Assembly (NCBI RefSeq): GCF_000284115.1
Contig: NC_017080.1
Location: 2,010,001 to 2,042,000 of the forward strand
Source of the DNA: Phycisphaera mikurensis NBRC 102666
GTDB taxonomy: Bacteria; Planctomycetota; Phycisphaerae; Phycisphaerales; Phycisphaeraceae
Length of the DNA stretch: 32,000 nucleotides
Reading direction: 5' to 3'
Each line of letters opens with the position of its first letter. The first letter of the stretch is position 1. Below, one piece after another: positions 7,009 to 17,730 of this stretch. Made by a program: the position numbers and the translations under genes. Below the pieces are notes generated by a model. The model was not told the DNA's origin. It saw nothing but the letters and a program-made list of their open reading frames with translations, and ran no database searches.

Positions 7009-7724
7009 GCCGAGCTCTCCCGCAGGACGCCCGCCACCGCGGACGCCACCGCGAGCGCCTCGGGCCCGTCCCCGTGAACGCAGAGCGTCTCCGCGGCCAC
7101 CGCCGCCTCGCCGCCTTCGCGGAGCGTGACGACGCCGCGGACCGCGAGGCCGCGTGCCTGTTCGGCGGCCCGGTCCGCGGCGAGCACCGCGCCGGCGTGC
7201 CGGCGGCTCAGGAGCACCGGCCGGCCCGTCGCCGACTCCCGCGTGTAGCACCGGTCGGCGAAGGCTTCCGGCACCACCGCGAGGCCGGCGTCCGCGGCCG
7301 CGGCCGCCAGCGCCCCCGAGGCCGGTGTCAGCACGCGAGCGACGCCCGCGCCCGCCAGCCAGGCCGCCAGTCGGGGGGCGAGGCCGGCGTCGGTGTCCGC
7401 CGCTTGGTAGAGGGCGCCGTGGAGCTTCACCGCCGCCGTCTCCGGCAGCCGCGCGAGCTGCCAAGCCAGCGAGCGAGCCAGGCGGTCGAACGGGATCGCC
7501 ATCGCCCGCCGCCCGAAGCCCGACCGATCCGGATACGAGAGGTGCGCCGTGACGGCCACCCCGCGGACCGCGGCCTCCCGGCTCCAGAACGCGGCTTCGT
7601 CCGCGGAGCCCGCGTGGCCGCCACAGGCGACGTTGGCGAGGTCCGCGTGGCCGAGCAACGCGAGGTCCAGCGGGTGGCCGACGCCGCGCTCCCCGAGGTC
7701 GATGTTCAGGAGGAGGCGCTTCAG
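7005..7724 (-). CDS. pxpA: 5-oxoprolinase subunit A (LamB/YcsF family); start codon uncertain (candidate CTG)
   Basis: LNIDLGERG...ANVACGGHAGS...VKLHGALY are LamB/YcsF hallmarks. Homologs start about 3-6 aa before the IDLxxDxGE motif. The only start-like codon there is the CTG at 7724, which overlaps the pxpB stop as CTGA. Confidence 0.7.
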   Translation of the reverse strand: MKRLLLNIDLGERGVGHPLDLALLGHADLANVACGGHAGSADEAAFWSREAAVRGVAVTAHLSYPDRSGFGRRAMAIPFDRLARSLAWQLARLPETAAVKLHGALYQAADTDAGLAPRLAAWLAGAGVARVLTPASGALAAAAADAGLAVVPEAFADRCYTRESATGRPVLLSRRHAGAVLAADRAAEQARGLAVRGVVTLREGGEAAVAAETLCVHGDGPEALAVASAVAGVLRESSA

Positions 7725-8353
7725 GCTCGCACCTCGAAGCGCACGGCGTCGCCGGGGCGGATCGCCTCCAGCAGGGCCGGGTCCGTCGTCCCCACCAGGT
7801 TCCAGCCGCCCGGGCTCGGGGCGGGGTAGACGCCCGCTTGGTCGTTGCCGATCGCGACCGCGCCCGCGGGCACCCGGGTCCGCGGGCTCGCGCGTCGCGG
7901 CGTGGCGAGCCGCGCATCCAGGCCCAGGAGGTACGGGAAGTGCGGGAGGAAGCCGACCGCGGCGACGCCGTAGCGGGGCGTCACGAAGGCCCGGATTGCC
8001 GCCGCTTCCCCCAGGCCCGCCCCGGCCGCCACCGCCGCGAGGTCGGCTCCGTCGAAGCGCGTGGGGAGGACGTGCGTCGCCGACGCCGGCGGCGGCTCCA
8101 CGGCCGCGGCTTCCGCGAGCACGGCCTCGACCGCCACGCGGACCGCCTCGGCGTCCTGCCGCGGATCGAAGTGCACCCCCAGCTCGCCGAGGCCGGGCAC
8201 GGCATCGAGCACGCCGAGGCGCCCGCCGTCCCGCGCCCCCGCCACCGCCCGGTGCGCCGCGAGGATCCGCCGGCTGGTCGCCCGCGAGGGGCCGCCGGGG
8301 AACGGGAACACCCAGCACCCCTCGCCCAGCCGCGCGGGAGCGGCCGCGCTCAT
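7721..8353 (-). CDS. pxpB: 5-oxoprolinase subunit B (allophanate hydrolase subunit 1 / KipI family)
   Basis: Supporting segments: VPGLGELGVHFDP...VLPTRFDGADL...YGVAAVGFLPHFPYLLGLDARLATPRRASPRTRVPAGAVAIGNDQAGVYPAPSPGGWNLVG. The ATG at 8353 overlaps the Nudix stop as ATGA. Confidence 0.8.
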   Translation of the reverse strand: MSAAAPARLGEGCWVFPFPGGPSRATSRRILAAHRAVAGARDGGRLGVLDAVPGLGELGVHFDPRQDAEAVRVAVEAVLAEAAAVEPPPASATHVLPTRFDGADLAAVAAGAGLGEAAAIRAFVTPRYGVAAVGFLPHFPYLLGLDARLATPRRASPRTRVPAGAVAIGNDQAGVYPAPSPGGWNLVGTTDPALLEAIRPGDAVRFEVRA

Positions 8354-8913
8354 CGCGGCAGCTTCGCGACCGCCCGCACCACGCTCGCGTCGGTGAGCTC
8401 CGCGTCCACGTCGGCGAACCGGACCCACTTCACCTCGCCGGCGTCCGAGCCCGCGACGGCCTCGTGGCTGCTCGCCTCGAAGAGGAAGCGGACGTCGTGG
8501 TGCCGGTGGGCCGGCTCGCCCCGCTTCGGGTTCGCCGGGATCGGGTGGACGTCAACGTCGAGCAGCCGCACGCACCGCGCACCGGTGACGCCGGTTTCCT
8601 CGCGCAGCTCCCGCGTCGCGGCGGCCTGGAGGTCCTCGTCCTCGGGGTCGACGTGGCCGCCGGGCTGCAGCCAGCGGAGCAGCTTCCGGTGCCAGATCAG
8701 CAGCAGGTGCCCGTCGTGGACGACGAAGGCGCTGGCGGTGAAGTGCCCGTCCCGGACGCTGTCGCGGGCGAAGGGATCGTCGGGCCCGAGGAGCAGCGAG
8801 AGCATCTTCTGGCGGTGCCCCTCTTCCGCCGGCTCCCCGGCGCGGAAGCCCGAAAGCAGCTCGCGCGCGTCGTCACGCCGCCGCGTCGCCTCCCTCGCGG
8901 CGGCGTCGGGCAT
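8350..8913 (-). CDS. NUDIX hydrolase
   Basis: Nudix box GGHVDPEDEDLQAAATRELREETGV (Gx5Ex7REUxEExGU). The ATG at 8913 overlaps the upstream gene's TGA by 1 nt (TGATG). An alternative in-frame start lies at 8934. Confidence 0.8.
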   Translation of the reverse strand: MPDAAAREATRRRDDARELLSGFRAGEPAEEGHRQKMLSLLLGPDDPFARDSVRDGHFTASAFVVHDGHLLLIWHRKLLRWLQPGGHVDPEDEDLQAAATRELREETGVTGARCVRLLDVDVHPIPANPKRGEPAHRHHDVRFLFEASSHEAVAGSDAGEVKWVRFADVDAELTDASVVRAVAKLPR

Positions 8914-9338
8914 CAGCGGAGGAAGAGGATCCACAGGACGATCAGCACGACCGGCACGACGGCGGCGGCGATGATCAGCTTCTTCTGCTTCGCCGCGGCC
9001 TCCCGGGCCTCCTCCGCCGCCCGCTCCCGCCGCTGCTCCTCCCGGCGGAGCCGGGCGATCTCGGGGTTCACGTACTCGGGGTCGTCGCCGCTGAAGTGCG
9101 ACGCCGCGCCCTTGCCGCCCGCGCCCTGGCTGCCCCGGGGAGGCCGCGTCGCCCCGGAGGCCTCGGCCTCCCCGGGCGCTTCCGCTTCCGGCGCGCCCTC
9201 GGGTGGCTCCTCGCCGCGGCCCTCGGCGCCGGCACCGCCCAGCCGCGGGTCCGGGCCGGCCGGAGCCGACGGCTTCCGCGGCTCGTCGGGGTCTTCCGCC
9301 AGCTCGTACAGATCGTCGTTTTCGTCGTCGTCAGCCAT
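8913..9338 (-). CDS. Acidic low-complexity protein with a single C-terminal transmembrane helix
   Basis: The protein reads MADDDENDDLYELAEDPDEP..., then a Gly/Ala/Glu/Pro-rich region, then a charged RREEQRRERAAEEAREAAAKQKK segment, then IIAAAVVPVVLIVLWILFL. ATG at 9338, with an alternative GTG at 9347. Confidence 0.55.
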   Translation of the reverse strand: MADDDENDDLYELAEDPDEPRKPSAPAGPDPRLGGAGAEGRGEEPPEGAPEAEAPGEAEASGATRPPRGSQGAGGKGAASHFSGDDPEYVNPEIARLRREEQRRERAAEEAREAAAKQKKLIIAAAVVPVVLIVLWILFLR

Positions 9339-9395
9339 GGGGTGCACCGGAGCCGGAGCGTAGGGTCCCGCCGCGGCGTCGCGCGGCCGGCGGCG

Positions 9396-10076
9396 TCAGA
9401 CCTCCGGGTACAGGTTGCGGCGCCGGGCGTATTCCGCGACCTCCGCCGCCAGCGACGGCGGCCGCTCCCCCCGCCGCAGGGCCGCCCGGATCGCGGTGCT
9501 CGAGGCGTCGACCTCCGGGACGTCCACCAGCGTGGCCGCGTCCCGCAGCCAGCGGGGCGCCTCGTGGTCGAGCCACGCGGCGGCGGCCGCCCGGCCGGCC
9601 GGGGGACGGACCATCACCGCCGGGGGCGCCAGCGCCGCCAGTGCCTCCGCCGCGTGCCACTGCGGGAAGACGAAGAGCTGGTCGGTGCCGATCAGCAGCG
9701 CGAAGCGCTCGTCCGGCCGCTCGGCGGCGAGCCGCCGGAGCGTCTGGACGGTGTAGCTCGGCCGGTCGTCGCCCGCTTCGGCCTCGGTGGCGTCGACCTC
9801 CACCGCCTCGAGGCCCCGCACCGCCAGGCGGAGCATCGCGAGCCGGTCCGCCGGGGGGCTCTGCTCGTGATCGAGTTTGAAGGGCGAGCGGCCGGCGGGC
9901 ACGTACAGCAGGCGCGTCGCCCCCAACGCCGCGGCGACCCGCGGCGGCAGCGTCGTGTGCCCGCGGTGGGGCGGGTCGAAGGTGCCGCCGAAGACCAGGG
10001 TCAGCGGCCGGCGGTCCTGCCCGCGGACCGCCGGGTTATGGGCGCCTCGCGGGCCGCGGTCCGCGGCTCGGCTCAA
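9396..10076 (-). CDS. nadD: Nicotinate-nucleotide adenylyltransferase
   Basis: GGTFDPPHRGH is the (H/T)xGH nucleotidyltransferase motif. SSTAIR sits near the C-terminus. This is the 3' end of the artefactual 1342-aa track ORF. The TTG start at 10076 overlaps the mannosidase stop as TTGA. Confidence 0.75.
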   Translation of the reverse strand: MSRAADRGPRGAHNPAVRGQDRRPLTLVFGGTFDPPHRGHTTLPPRVAAALGATRLLYVPAGRSPFKLDHEQSPPADRLAMLRLAVRGLEAVEVDATEAEAGDDRPSYTVQTLRRLAAERPDERFALLIGTDQLFVFPQWHAAEALAALAPPAVMVRPPAGRAAAAAWLDHEAPRWLRDAATLVDVPEVDASSTAIRAALRRGERPPSLAAEVAEYARRRNLYPEV

Positions 10077-12796
10077 GACGCCGGCCCCAGCGTGATCTCG
10101 TCGGGCGTCCAGCCCGCCGCACGCCCGGCCAGCTCGCTGCTGGTCCGCAGCACCGGAGCCGAGGACAGCGCGGCCGCGTCGAGATCGACCGGGGTCGCGA
10201 TCCCGAAGACGTGGCGCTCGCCGGGCAGCAGCGTCACCACGCCGTCGTCGACCACCGCGTCGGGGTGCAGCCGCTCGGGGTAGAGCGTCAGGTCGCGGAG
10301 GAGCGTCTCCGCGTGCACGGCCACCCGGCGGCCGCCGTCGGCCACCTCCACCCGCATCTTCGGGCTCGGCAGGCCCGCCGCTTTGTCGGGCGCCGACCAC
10401 CAGAAGCTGCGGACGCCGCCGGGCAGCTCGGCGACCAGGAAGCGGCCGGGGGCGGCGTCGCGATCGAGCGCCCGGAGGCGGACGTCGACCCCCGCGGCCG
10501 ACCTCGGGGCGAGGTCGACGCCGTCGGTCTGCTCCTCCACGAGAGTCCCGTCGGCCTCCATCAGCCGCACCCGCAGGTCGCCCGCCCACCGCTGGTCGCT
10601 GTCGTTGTGCAGGTAGGCACGCAGCGGGCCGGTGTCGTCGCCCCAGGCGCCCAACTCCACCGGCTCGGCGGGGCCGAGGTTCACGACGCGCGGAGCGAAG
10701 AAGCGCCGGGTCGCGAAGTACAGCGGCTTGCGGACCCCGTCGGTGTCGACGCTCGACCAGCTCGCCCCGGGCCAGCAGTCGTTGATCTGCCAGTACAGGG
10801 CGCCGGAGTTCCAGGGGAACAGGCTGCGGAACCAGCCCACACCGGCGGTGACCGCCCGCGCCTGGTTGATGCTCGCGAGGTGGTGCCAATCGTCGAGCTC
10901 CCGGCCCGCGGGAACCGGGAAGTCGTCGTGGATGCGGGCCGAGGTCTTGTTCTGGCCGTCCCCGAGCACTTTGTCGTGGCCGTTCTTGTTGTGCTCGCGC
11001 ATCACCGGACCGGTCCAGTCCCGCTGGTCCTCGGGGGTGCTGCGCTCCAGCGAGGGCCACGCGTTGGGGGCGTGGAATCCGAACTCCGAGCAGAACCGCG
11101 GGCAGTGCTCGTAGTAGTGGAGGTAGTGGCCCGGGCCGTGCCACACGTTCCACACGTGGCGGTTGCCGCGGCTGTTCATGTTCGCCTCCAGAGCCGTGTC
11201 TTCGAACTCGGCGCGGGTGGTCCCGCTCGAGGGGCTGCCGGGCCAGTACGGCGTCGTGGGCGCCAGGTCGTTCACGATTCCGGGCAGCGTCTCGAAGTAG
11301 TACCGGAGGCCCCAGGGCAGCTCCCCGATCACCTCCGGCCACGGCTTGCCCTTGACGTTCCACTCCTGGTAGCCCCAGAGGTTCTCGTTGCAGCCGTTCC
11401 AGAGCACGAGGCTGGCGTGGCGCGCGAGCCGCGAGACGTTGTCGCGCACCTCTTGCTCGACGAGCGAGACCGTGTCGTCGTCCTCGGGGTACGCGGCGCA
11501 GGCGAAGAGGAAGTCCTGCCAGATCATCACGCCGGCCTCGTCGCAGGCCTCGTAGAGGTCGGCGTGCTCGTAGAGGCCGCCGCCCCAGATCCGCAGCATG
11601 TTCATGTTCATGTCGACGGCCTGAGCAACCCGCTCGCGGTAGGTCTCCCGGGTGACGCGGTGGGGGAAGAGGTCTTCGGGGATCCAGTTCGCCCCTTTGC
11701 AGTAGATGTCCTTGCCGTTGACCCGCAGCGTCATCCGGCGTCCCGTCACGCCCTCGCGGCCCGCGAGGCCGTCGACCGGGAACGCCGCGTCGGCGGGGTC
11801 CTCGTCGAGGATCAGCTCCGTGGTGCGGAGACCGATGCGCGAGGAGGCGGTGCCACGGGTCGCGCCGCCGGCGTCGAGCAGCTCGATCTGGAGCGTGTAG
11901 AGCGGCTGAGCGCCGTGGCCGACCGGCCACCAACGCTGCGCACCCGCCACCGACACGGCGGCCTCGGCGGTGCCGCCGGCGGCTTCGGCTTCGGCGGTGG
12001 CGGCGACGGCGCCGTCGGGGTCCAGCAGCCGGAAGCGGACGCGGCCGGGCCCTTCCACGTCGGCGACCAGCACGAGCTCCGCGGTGTCGCCGGAGATCTT
12101 GGTGGTGCGCGGGCGGACGTCGCCGAGCCGGCAGGCGTCCCAGGCCTCCACGCGGCAGGGCTTCCAGACGCCCGAGGTCGTCACCGTGGGCCCCCAGTCC
12201 CAGCCGGAGTTGCACGACATCTTCCGCAAGAAGTTGTGCGGCATCTTCGGGTTCCCGCCGGCTCCCTCGGAGGGCAGAAAGCCGTATGCCTCGCGTGCGG
12301 CCAGCGCGGCGGGAAGCGGCGCGGCGAAGCGAACGACCAGCTCGTTCTCGCCCGCGCGCGCCGAGGTCGCGTCGAAGCGCTGGCGGGTGTGCATGTCGGC
12401 GCTGCGGCCGATGACGGTGCCGTTGAGGCTCACCTCCGCGAGCGTGTCGAGCCCGTCGAAGCAAAGCTGAAGATGCTCCCGCTCCAGCGCCTCGCCGGGG
12501 AGATCGAAGGTGCGGCGGAAGCTGAACGCCGAGCGACCGATCCAGAGGATCTCCGCCTCGTGCAGCGCCACCTCCGGGTCGGGGATCAGCCCGGCGGCGA
12601 GGAGGTCGGTGTGGGCGCAGCCCGGGACGGTGGCGGGCACGTCGCGGCCGATGAGCCCGGCCGGCGGACCCTCCACGTCGCGCGGGTCGCCGCCGGTCGC
12701 AGCGCTCACGCTCTCCAGCCGCAGGGTCCAGACACCGGGGGTCCCGCTGCCGAGGTCGAGTTGGAGAGGCCTGGAGTCGGAGGTGATCGGAGTCAT
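10073..12796 (-). CDS. Beta-mannosidase (glycoside hydrolase family 2)
   Basis: ATG at 12796 (MTPITSDSRPLQLDL). Supporting motifs: FLRKMSCNSGWDWGP, LRIWGGGLYE, MIWQDFLFACAAYP, VLWNGCNEN and the CSEFGFHAPN region. Length of 907 aa fits the family. Confidence 0.8.
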   Translation of the reverse strand: MTPITSDSRPLQLDLGSGTPGVWTLRLESVSAATGGDPRDVEGPPAGLIGRDVPATVPGCAHTDLLAAGLIPDPEVALHEAEILWIGRSAFSFRRTFDLPGEALEREHLQLCFDGLDTLAEVSLNGTVIGRSADMHTRQRFDATSARAGENELVVRFAAPLPAALAAREAYGFLPSEGAGGNPKMPHNFLRKMSCNSGWDWGPTVTTSGVWKPCRVEAWDACRLGDVRPRTTKISGDTAELVLVADVEGPGRVRFRLLDPDGAVAATAEAEAAGGTAEAAVSVAGAQRWWPVGHGAQPLYTLQIELLDAGGATRGTASSRIGLRTTELILDEDPADAAFPVDGLAGREGVTGRRMTLRVNGKDIYCKGANWIPEDLFPHRVTRETYRERVAQAVDMNMNMLRIWGGGLYEHADLYEACDEAGVMIWQDFLFACAAYPEDDDTVSLVEQEVRDNVSRLARHASLVLWNGCNENLWGYQEWNVKGKPWPEVIGELPWGLRYYFETLPGIVNDLAPTTPYWPGSPSSGTTRAEFEDTALEANMNSRGNRHVWNVWHGPGHYLHYYEHCPRFCSEFGFHAPNAWPSLERSTPEDQRDWTGPVMREHNKNGHDKVLGDGQNKTSARIHDDFPVPAGRELDDWHHLASINQARAVTAGVGWFRSLFPWNSGALYWQINDCWPGASWSSVDTDGVRKPLYFATRRFFAPRVVNLGPAEPVELGAWGDDTGPLRAYLHNDSDQRWAGDLRVRLMEADGTLVEEQTDGVDLAPRSAAGVDVRLRALDRDAAPGRFLVAELPGGVRSFWWSAPDKAAGLPSPKMRVEVADGGRRVAVHAETLLRDLTLYPERLHPDAVVDDGVVTLLPGERHVFGIATPVDLDAAALSSAPVLRTSSELAGRAAGWTPDEITLGPAS

Positions 12797-12921
12797 CGGG
12801 AACGTTGTAGGGCAAACGTCGGAAGCTTTCGCGGCTGGCGGCGAGGGGATCCGCTCGCGTATGCCCGCCGCCGGCGAGCGCGACCCCGCGACGCCTCCGC
12901 GGACGCGGGTACGCTCGACGC

Positions 12922-13524
12922 ATGGCGCACCGCCTCGACGGCTCGGCACTGGACACCCCGGCGGGGACCCTCGGCGAGCTGCTCGATGCGGCGCGCCGGC
13001 GGCTCGGCGGCGAGCGGCTGGTGGTCGAGGTCCGCTGCGACGGGCGGGTGCTCGACGCCGAGGAGATCGAGGTGCGGATGCTCCGGCCGCTGGAGGCGGA
13101 CGAGATCCAGCTGCAGTCGGCACGCCCCGCGGAGCTGGCCGTGTCGGCGCTGGACGGCGCGCTCGACCGCCTCGCGCAGCTCGGCGAGCAGCAGCGGGAA
13201 GCCGCCGAGCGCCTGCAGGCCGACGAGGCCGGCGCGGCATACTCGCTGCTCGGCGACGCCCTCGCCGGCTGGACCGAGGTCTCCTCGGCCGTGAGCCAGT
13301 CCTGCGAGCTCACCGGCGTGCCGCTCGGCTCGCTCACGACCGGGGGGGGCAGCGGCGCCGACGTCGCGGCCGGGCTTGCGGCAAGCCTGCGGGAGGTGCG
13401 GACGCAGATCGAGGCGCAAGACACGATCGGCCTGGCGGACTCGCTCGCCTACGTCTGGCCCGACGTGGTGGAGCGGTGGGAAGCACTGATCGGGAGCCTG
13501 CAGGAGCGGCTCGGTCGCGCCTGA
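12922..13524 (+). CDS. Hypothetical protein (200 aa)
   Basis: ATG at 12922. Balanced Asp/Glu/Leu-rich composition, unlike the junk frames. Divergent from the mannosidase gene. I recognise no motif. Confidence 0.5.
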   Translation: MAHRLDGSALDTPAGTLGELLDAARRRLGGERLVVEVRCDGRVLDAEEIEVRMLRPLEADEIQLQSARPAELAVSALDGALDRLAQLGEQQREAAERLQADEAGAAYSLLGDALAGWTEVSSAVSQSCELTGVPLGSLTTGGGSGADVAAGLAASLREVRTQIEAQDTIGLADSLAYVWPDVVERWEALIGSLQERLGRA

Positions 13525-13614
13525 GAGCGCCCGGGTTCAGGCGACGCTCGGAGGGCCCCAGACGCCGCCCGCGCCCGCCGCGGGTCCGCCTCCCGCCGCT
13601 ACGCTCGGCGACTC

Positions 13615-14166
13615 ATGAAGATCGACCACCCGGACCTCCCGCGCGTCAGAGCCGCCTTCCCCGACGCCCCGCTCTTCGCGACGGAGTTCCGCGGCGAGAC
13701 GACGCTGGTGGTCCGGCCCACCGAGCTGCACGCGGTGCTCACCCTGCTCAGAGACGACCCGGCGACCGGCTACGACTTCCTGGCCGACGTCGTCGGCGTG
13801 GACTACCTCGGCTACCCCAAGGCGAGAGAGGGCGGCCCCAGCGGGCGCTTCGCCGTCGTCTACAACCTCCAGAGCACGGCCACCGGCCGGCGTCTGTTCG
13901 TGAAGGCGTTGCTGGACCCCAGCGTCGACACCGACGGCACCGCCGACGACCCGGCGCTGCACCTGGACAGCTGCGTGGACCTCTGGCCCGGGGCGGAGTG
14001 GATGGAGCGTGAGGTGTACGACATGCTCGGCATCCGCTTCGACCGGCACCCCGACCTCCGCCGGATCCTGCTCTGGGAGGCCTACCCGACGCACCCGCTC
14101 CGCAAGGATTACCCGGTCCGCGGGCAGGGCGAGCGGGAGGACTACCGGATCGTGCAGCGGAGCTGA
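13615..14166 (+). CDS. nuoC: NADH-quinone oxidoreductase subunit C (30-kDa subunit family), stand-alone
   Basis: Supporting segments: DVVGVDYLGYP...RFAVVYNLQS...LWPGAEWMEREVYDMLGIRFDRHPDLRRILLWEAYPTHPLRKDYP. Confidence 0.8.
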   Translation: MKIDHPDLPRVRAAFPDAPLFATEFRGETTLVVRPTELHAVLTLLRDDPATGYDFLADVVGVDYLGYPKAREGGPSGRFAVVYNLQSTATGRRLFVKALLDPSVDTDGTADDPALHLDSCVDLWPGAEWMEREVYDMLGIRFDRHPDLRRILLWEAYPTHPLRKDYPVRGQGEREDYRIVQRS

Positions 14167-14306
14167 ACCCCGCTGGATGGGGTGGGTCCCCGCGGCGACG
14201 CAGCCGCGCCTGCGGGCAGGACGGGCAGGGCGGGCAGGGCGCGTTGGGGGACGCCGGCGCCGTGGGAAGCCTCCGTTGGGCCGGCGTGGACGCGGAAGGG
14301 TGCGGC

Positions 14307-16007
14307 TCAGCCCGCCGGGGGCGGGAGCTGCGGGGCGCCGGTGTCGCCGGGGTCGGGCGCTTCGCCGAGCTGGATGGGCAGCCGGATGGTGAAGCAGGTG
14401 CCCGCCCCGGGCGCGGACTCCACGCTGATGACGCCGCCGTGCTCGTTGACGATCTTCTGGGTCACGACCAGGCCCAGGCCGGTGCCGCGGAGCCCCTTGG
14501 TGGAGTGGAAGGGCTCGAAGAGGCGGTCGCGGGTGGCGGCGGACATGCCGGCGCCGTTGTCGCGGACGGAGACGACCACCTCGTCGCGGTCGTCGTCGAA
14601 GGACGACGTGATCGTGACCACGCCCTCCTCGGATTCGCAGGCGTCCAGCGCGTTGGACAGCAGGTTCAGCATCGCCTGGTGCAAGCCGCCGCCGTCGAGC
14701 GGCAGCGGGGCGAGGTCCGCCGCGAAGTCGGTGACCAGCGCCACCTTGGCGGCCTCGAACTGCGGGGTCAGCAGCGCCACCGCCTCCTCCAGCAGCGGGT
14801 TGAGGTTCGTCATCTCGAACTCGGGCCGCCGCTGCTTGCTGAAGGCGAGCATGTTCATCGTCAGCTCGTAGATCCGCTCGAGGTTGCGGCTCACGATCTT
14901 CCAGCCCGAGACCACCACCGGCGTGTTGTTCTTCTTGAGGCCCAGGTCGACCACGTCGGCGCCGCCGCGGAGGCCTTGCAAGATGTTCTTGATGGAGTGG
15001 CTCAGCGACGCCACCGTCTGGCCGACGGCCGCGAGCCGCTCGGCGCGGACGCGAGCCTCCACCAGCCGCAGGTTCGCCAGCGCGAGGCCGGTCTGGGTGC
15101 CGATCGCGGTGAGCAGCGCGAGCTGGTCTTCGGTGTAGGTGTAGTTGGCGACCTGGCTGTCCAGGTGGATCACGCCGTAGAAGCGGTGCTTGTAGCGGAT
15201 CGGCACACACATCGCGGAGTGGATGTGGAAGCCCTGCACGCTGTCGCCGCTGGCGAAGCGGCGGTCGTTCATCGCGTTGCTGGTGAGCACGCCGACGTTC
15301 TTGCGCGTCACGTACTCGACGATCGTCTTGGAGTACGCGATCGGGGTCGCGGGCGTGCCGGGGGGGGCGGTCTCCGGTGCGGCGGCGCGTTGCCGGACGA
15401 CCACCGGGAGCAGCTCGCTGCCCACTTCCTCGCCGACGAGGATGAAGCCGCGGTCCGCGTCGAAGTGGTCGAAGACCGTGTCCATCACCCGCGTGAACAG
15501 CTGGGGCTTCTCCTTGAGCGACCCCACCAGCGAGACCAGCTCGTAGAGCACGTTCAGCTGGAACTGGGCCGACTGCCGCGGCTCGGGCGAGCTCATGATG
15601 ACCGAGTCGTCGCTGCTCTGGACCTGGTGCTCGAGGTGGATGTCCATCTCGCCGCGTTCCACCGGGCGGAGCCGCGTGCCGGGCTCACGCCGGCTCCGCG
15701 CGAAGGCCAACGCCCCGTCCCCGAAGCTCAGCAGCGTGGATCCGGCCCGGATCTGATCGCCGACCTTGAGCGTCCGCGATCCGGTGACCCGCACGCCGTT
15801 GACGTAGGTGCCGTTGCTGGACTCCAGGTCGCGCAGCACCCAGACGCCGTGCTCGGGATCGGGCGTGAGCTCCACGTGCCGCCGCGAGATCGTCCGGTCC
15901 GTCAGCGGCAACGCCTCGCTGGACCGCCCGATCTGCTGCGGCTCGTGGTCGGGGAGCTCGAACCGGCGCCCGCGGTCGGGGCCTGCGATGACGGTGAGAA
16001 CAAGCAT
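14307..16007 (-). CDS. FHA-GAF-histidine kinase sensor protein
   Basis: N-terminal FHA domain ([22 protein letters not shown]...SSNGTYVNG). GAF-like middle region. HisKA segment [19 protein letters not shown]. HATPase_c segment DNGAGM...[24 protein letters not shown]. Confidence 0.85.
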   Translation of the reverse strand: MLVLTVIAGPDRGRRFELPDHEPQQIGRSSEALPLTDRTISRRHVELTPDPEHGVWVLRDLESSNGTYVNGVRVTGSRTLKVGDQIRAGSTLLSFGDGALAFARSRREPGTRLRPVERGEMDIHLEHQVQSSDDSVIMSSPEPRQSAQFQLNVLYELVSLVGSLKEKPQLFTRVMDTVFDHFDADRGFILVGEEVGSELLPVVVRQRAAAPETAPPGTPATPIAYSKTIVEYVTRKNVGVLTSNAMNDRRFASGDSVQGFHIHSAMCVPIRYKHRFYGVIHLDSQVANYTYTEDQLALLTAIGTQTGLALANLRLVEARVRAERLAAVGQTVASLSHSIKNILQGLRGGADVVDLGLKKNNTPVVVSGWKIVSRNLERIYELTMNMLAFSKQRRPEFEMTNLNPLLEEAVALLTPQFEAAKVALVTDFAADLAPLPLDGGGLHQAMLNLLSNALDACESEEGVVTITSSFDDDRDEVVVSVRDNGAGMSAATRDRLFEPFHSTKGLRGTGLGLVVTQKIVNEHGGVISVESAPGAGTCFTIRLPIQLGEAPDPGDTGAPQLPPPAG

Positions 16008-16122
16008 GGGTGGATTCGCCTGAGGCTGATGGAGGGCCGACGAGAGAGGGTTCGGGTTCCGGTGCCTCGCTCCCGGGCGAGCGGCCGCCCCCGGCGAGCC
16101 GTCCGCACCTCCCGCGACGCGC

Positions 16123-17538
<1,416 letters not shown>

Positions 17539-17730
17539 GGGGCGGAGAGGGTAGAGGGGGGGAGAAGAGACGAAGGGACGAAGAGGCGGCGGCGCTGTCT
17601 CTCCACTCCGCTTCGCCCCAGCCGCCACGGCGAACCTCGCGGAGCGTGCGGCCTTGCTGCACGACGACCTCCCGCGGCGTCGCTTCGCTTCGTTGGTCCG
17701 CGGAGCGGACGCCCGCCCGTAGCCTTGCCC

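Noticed and set aside
6163-8318. Long N-terminal extensions of the pxpC (584 aa) and pxpA (437 aa) track ORFs
   Set aside because: The extensions are Arg/Gly/Pro junk that fully overlaps the upstream pxp genes. Homolog-like N-termini coincide with 4-nt stop/start overlaps.
9396-13424. 1342-aa ORF spanning nadD and the antisense or off-frame of the mannosidase region
   Set aside because: Only the last ~226 codons (nadD) look like a protein. The remainder is Arg/Pro-rich junk overlapping the well-supported GH2 gene in another frame.
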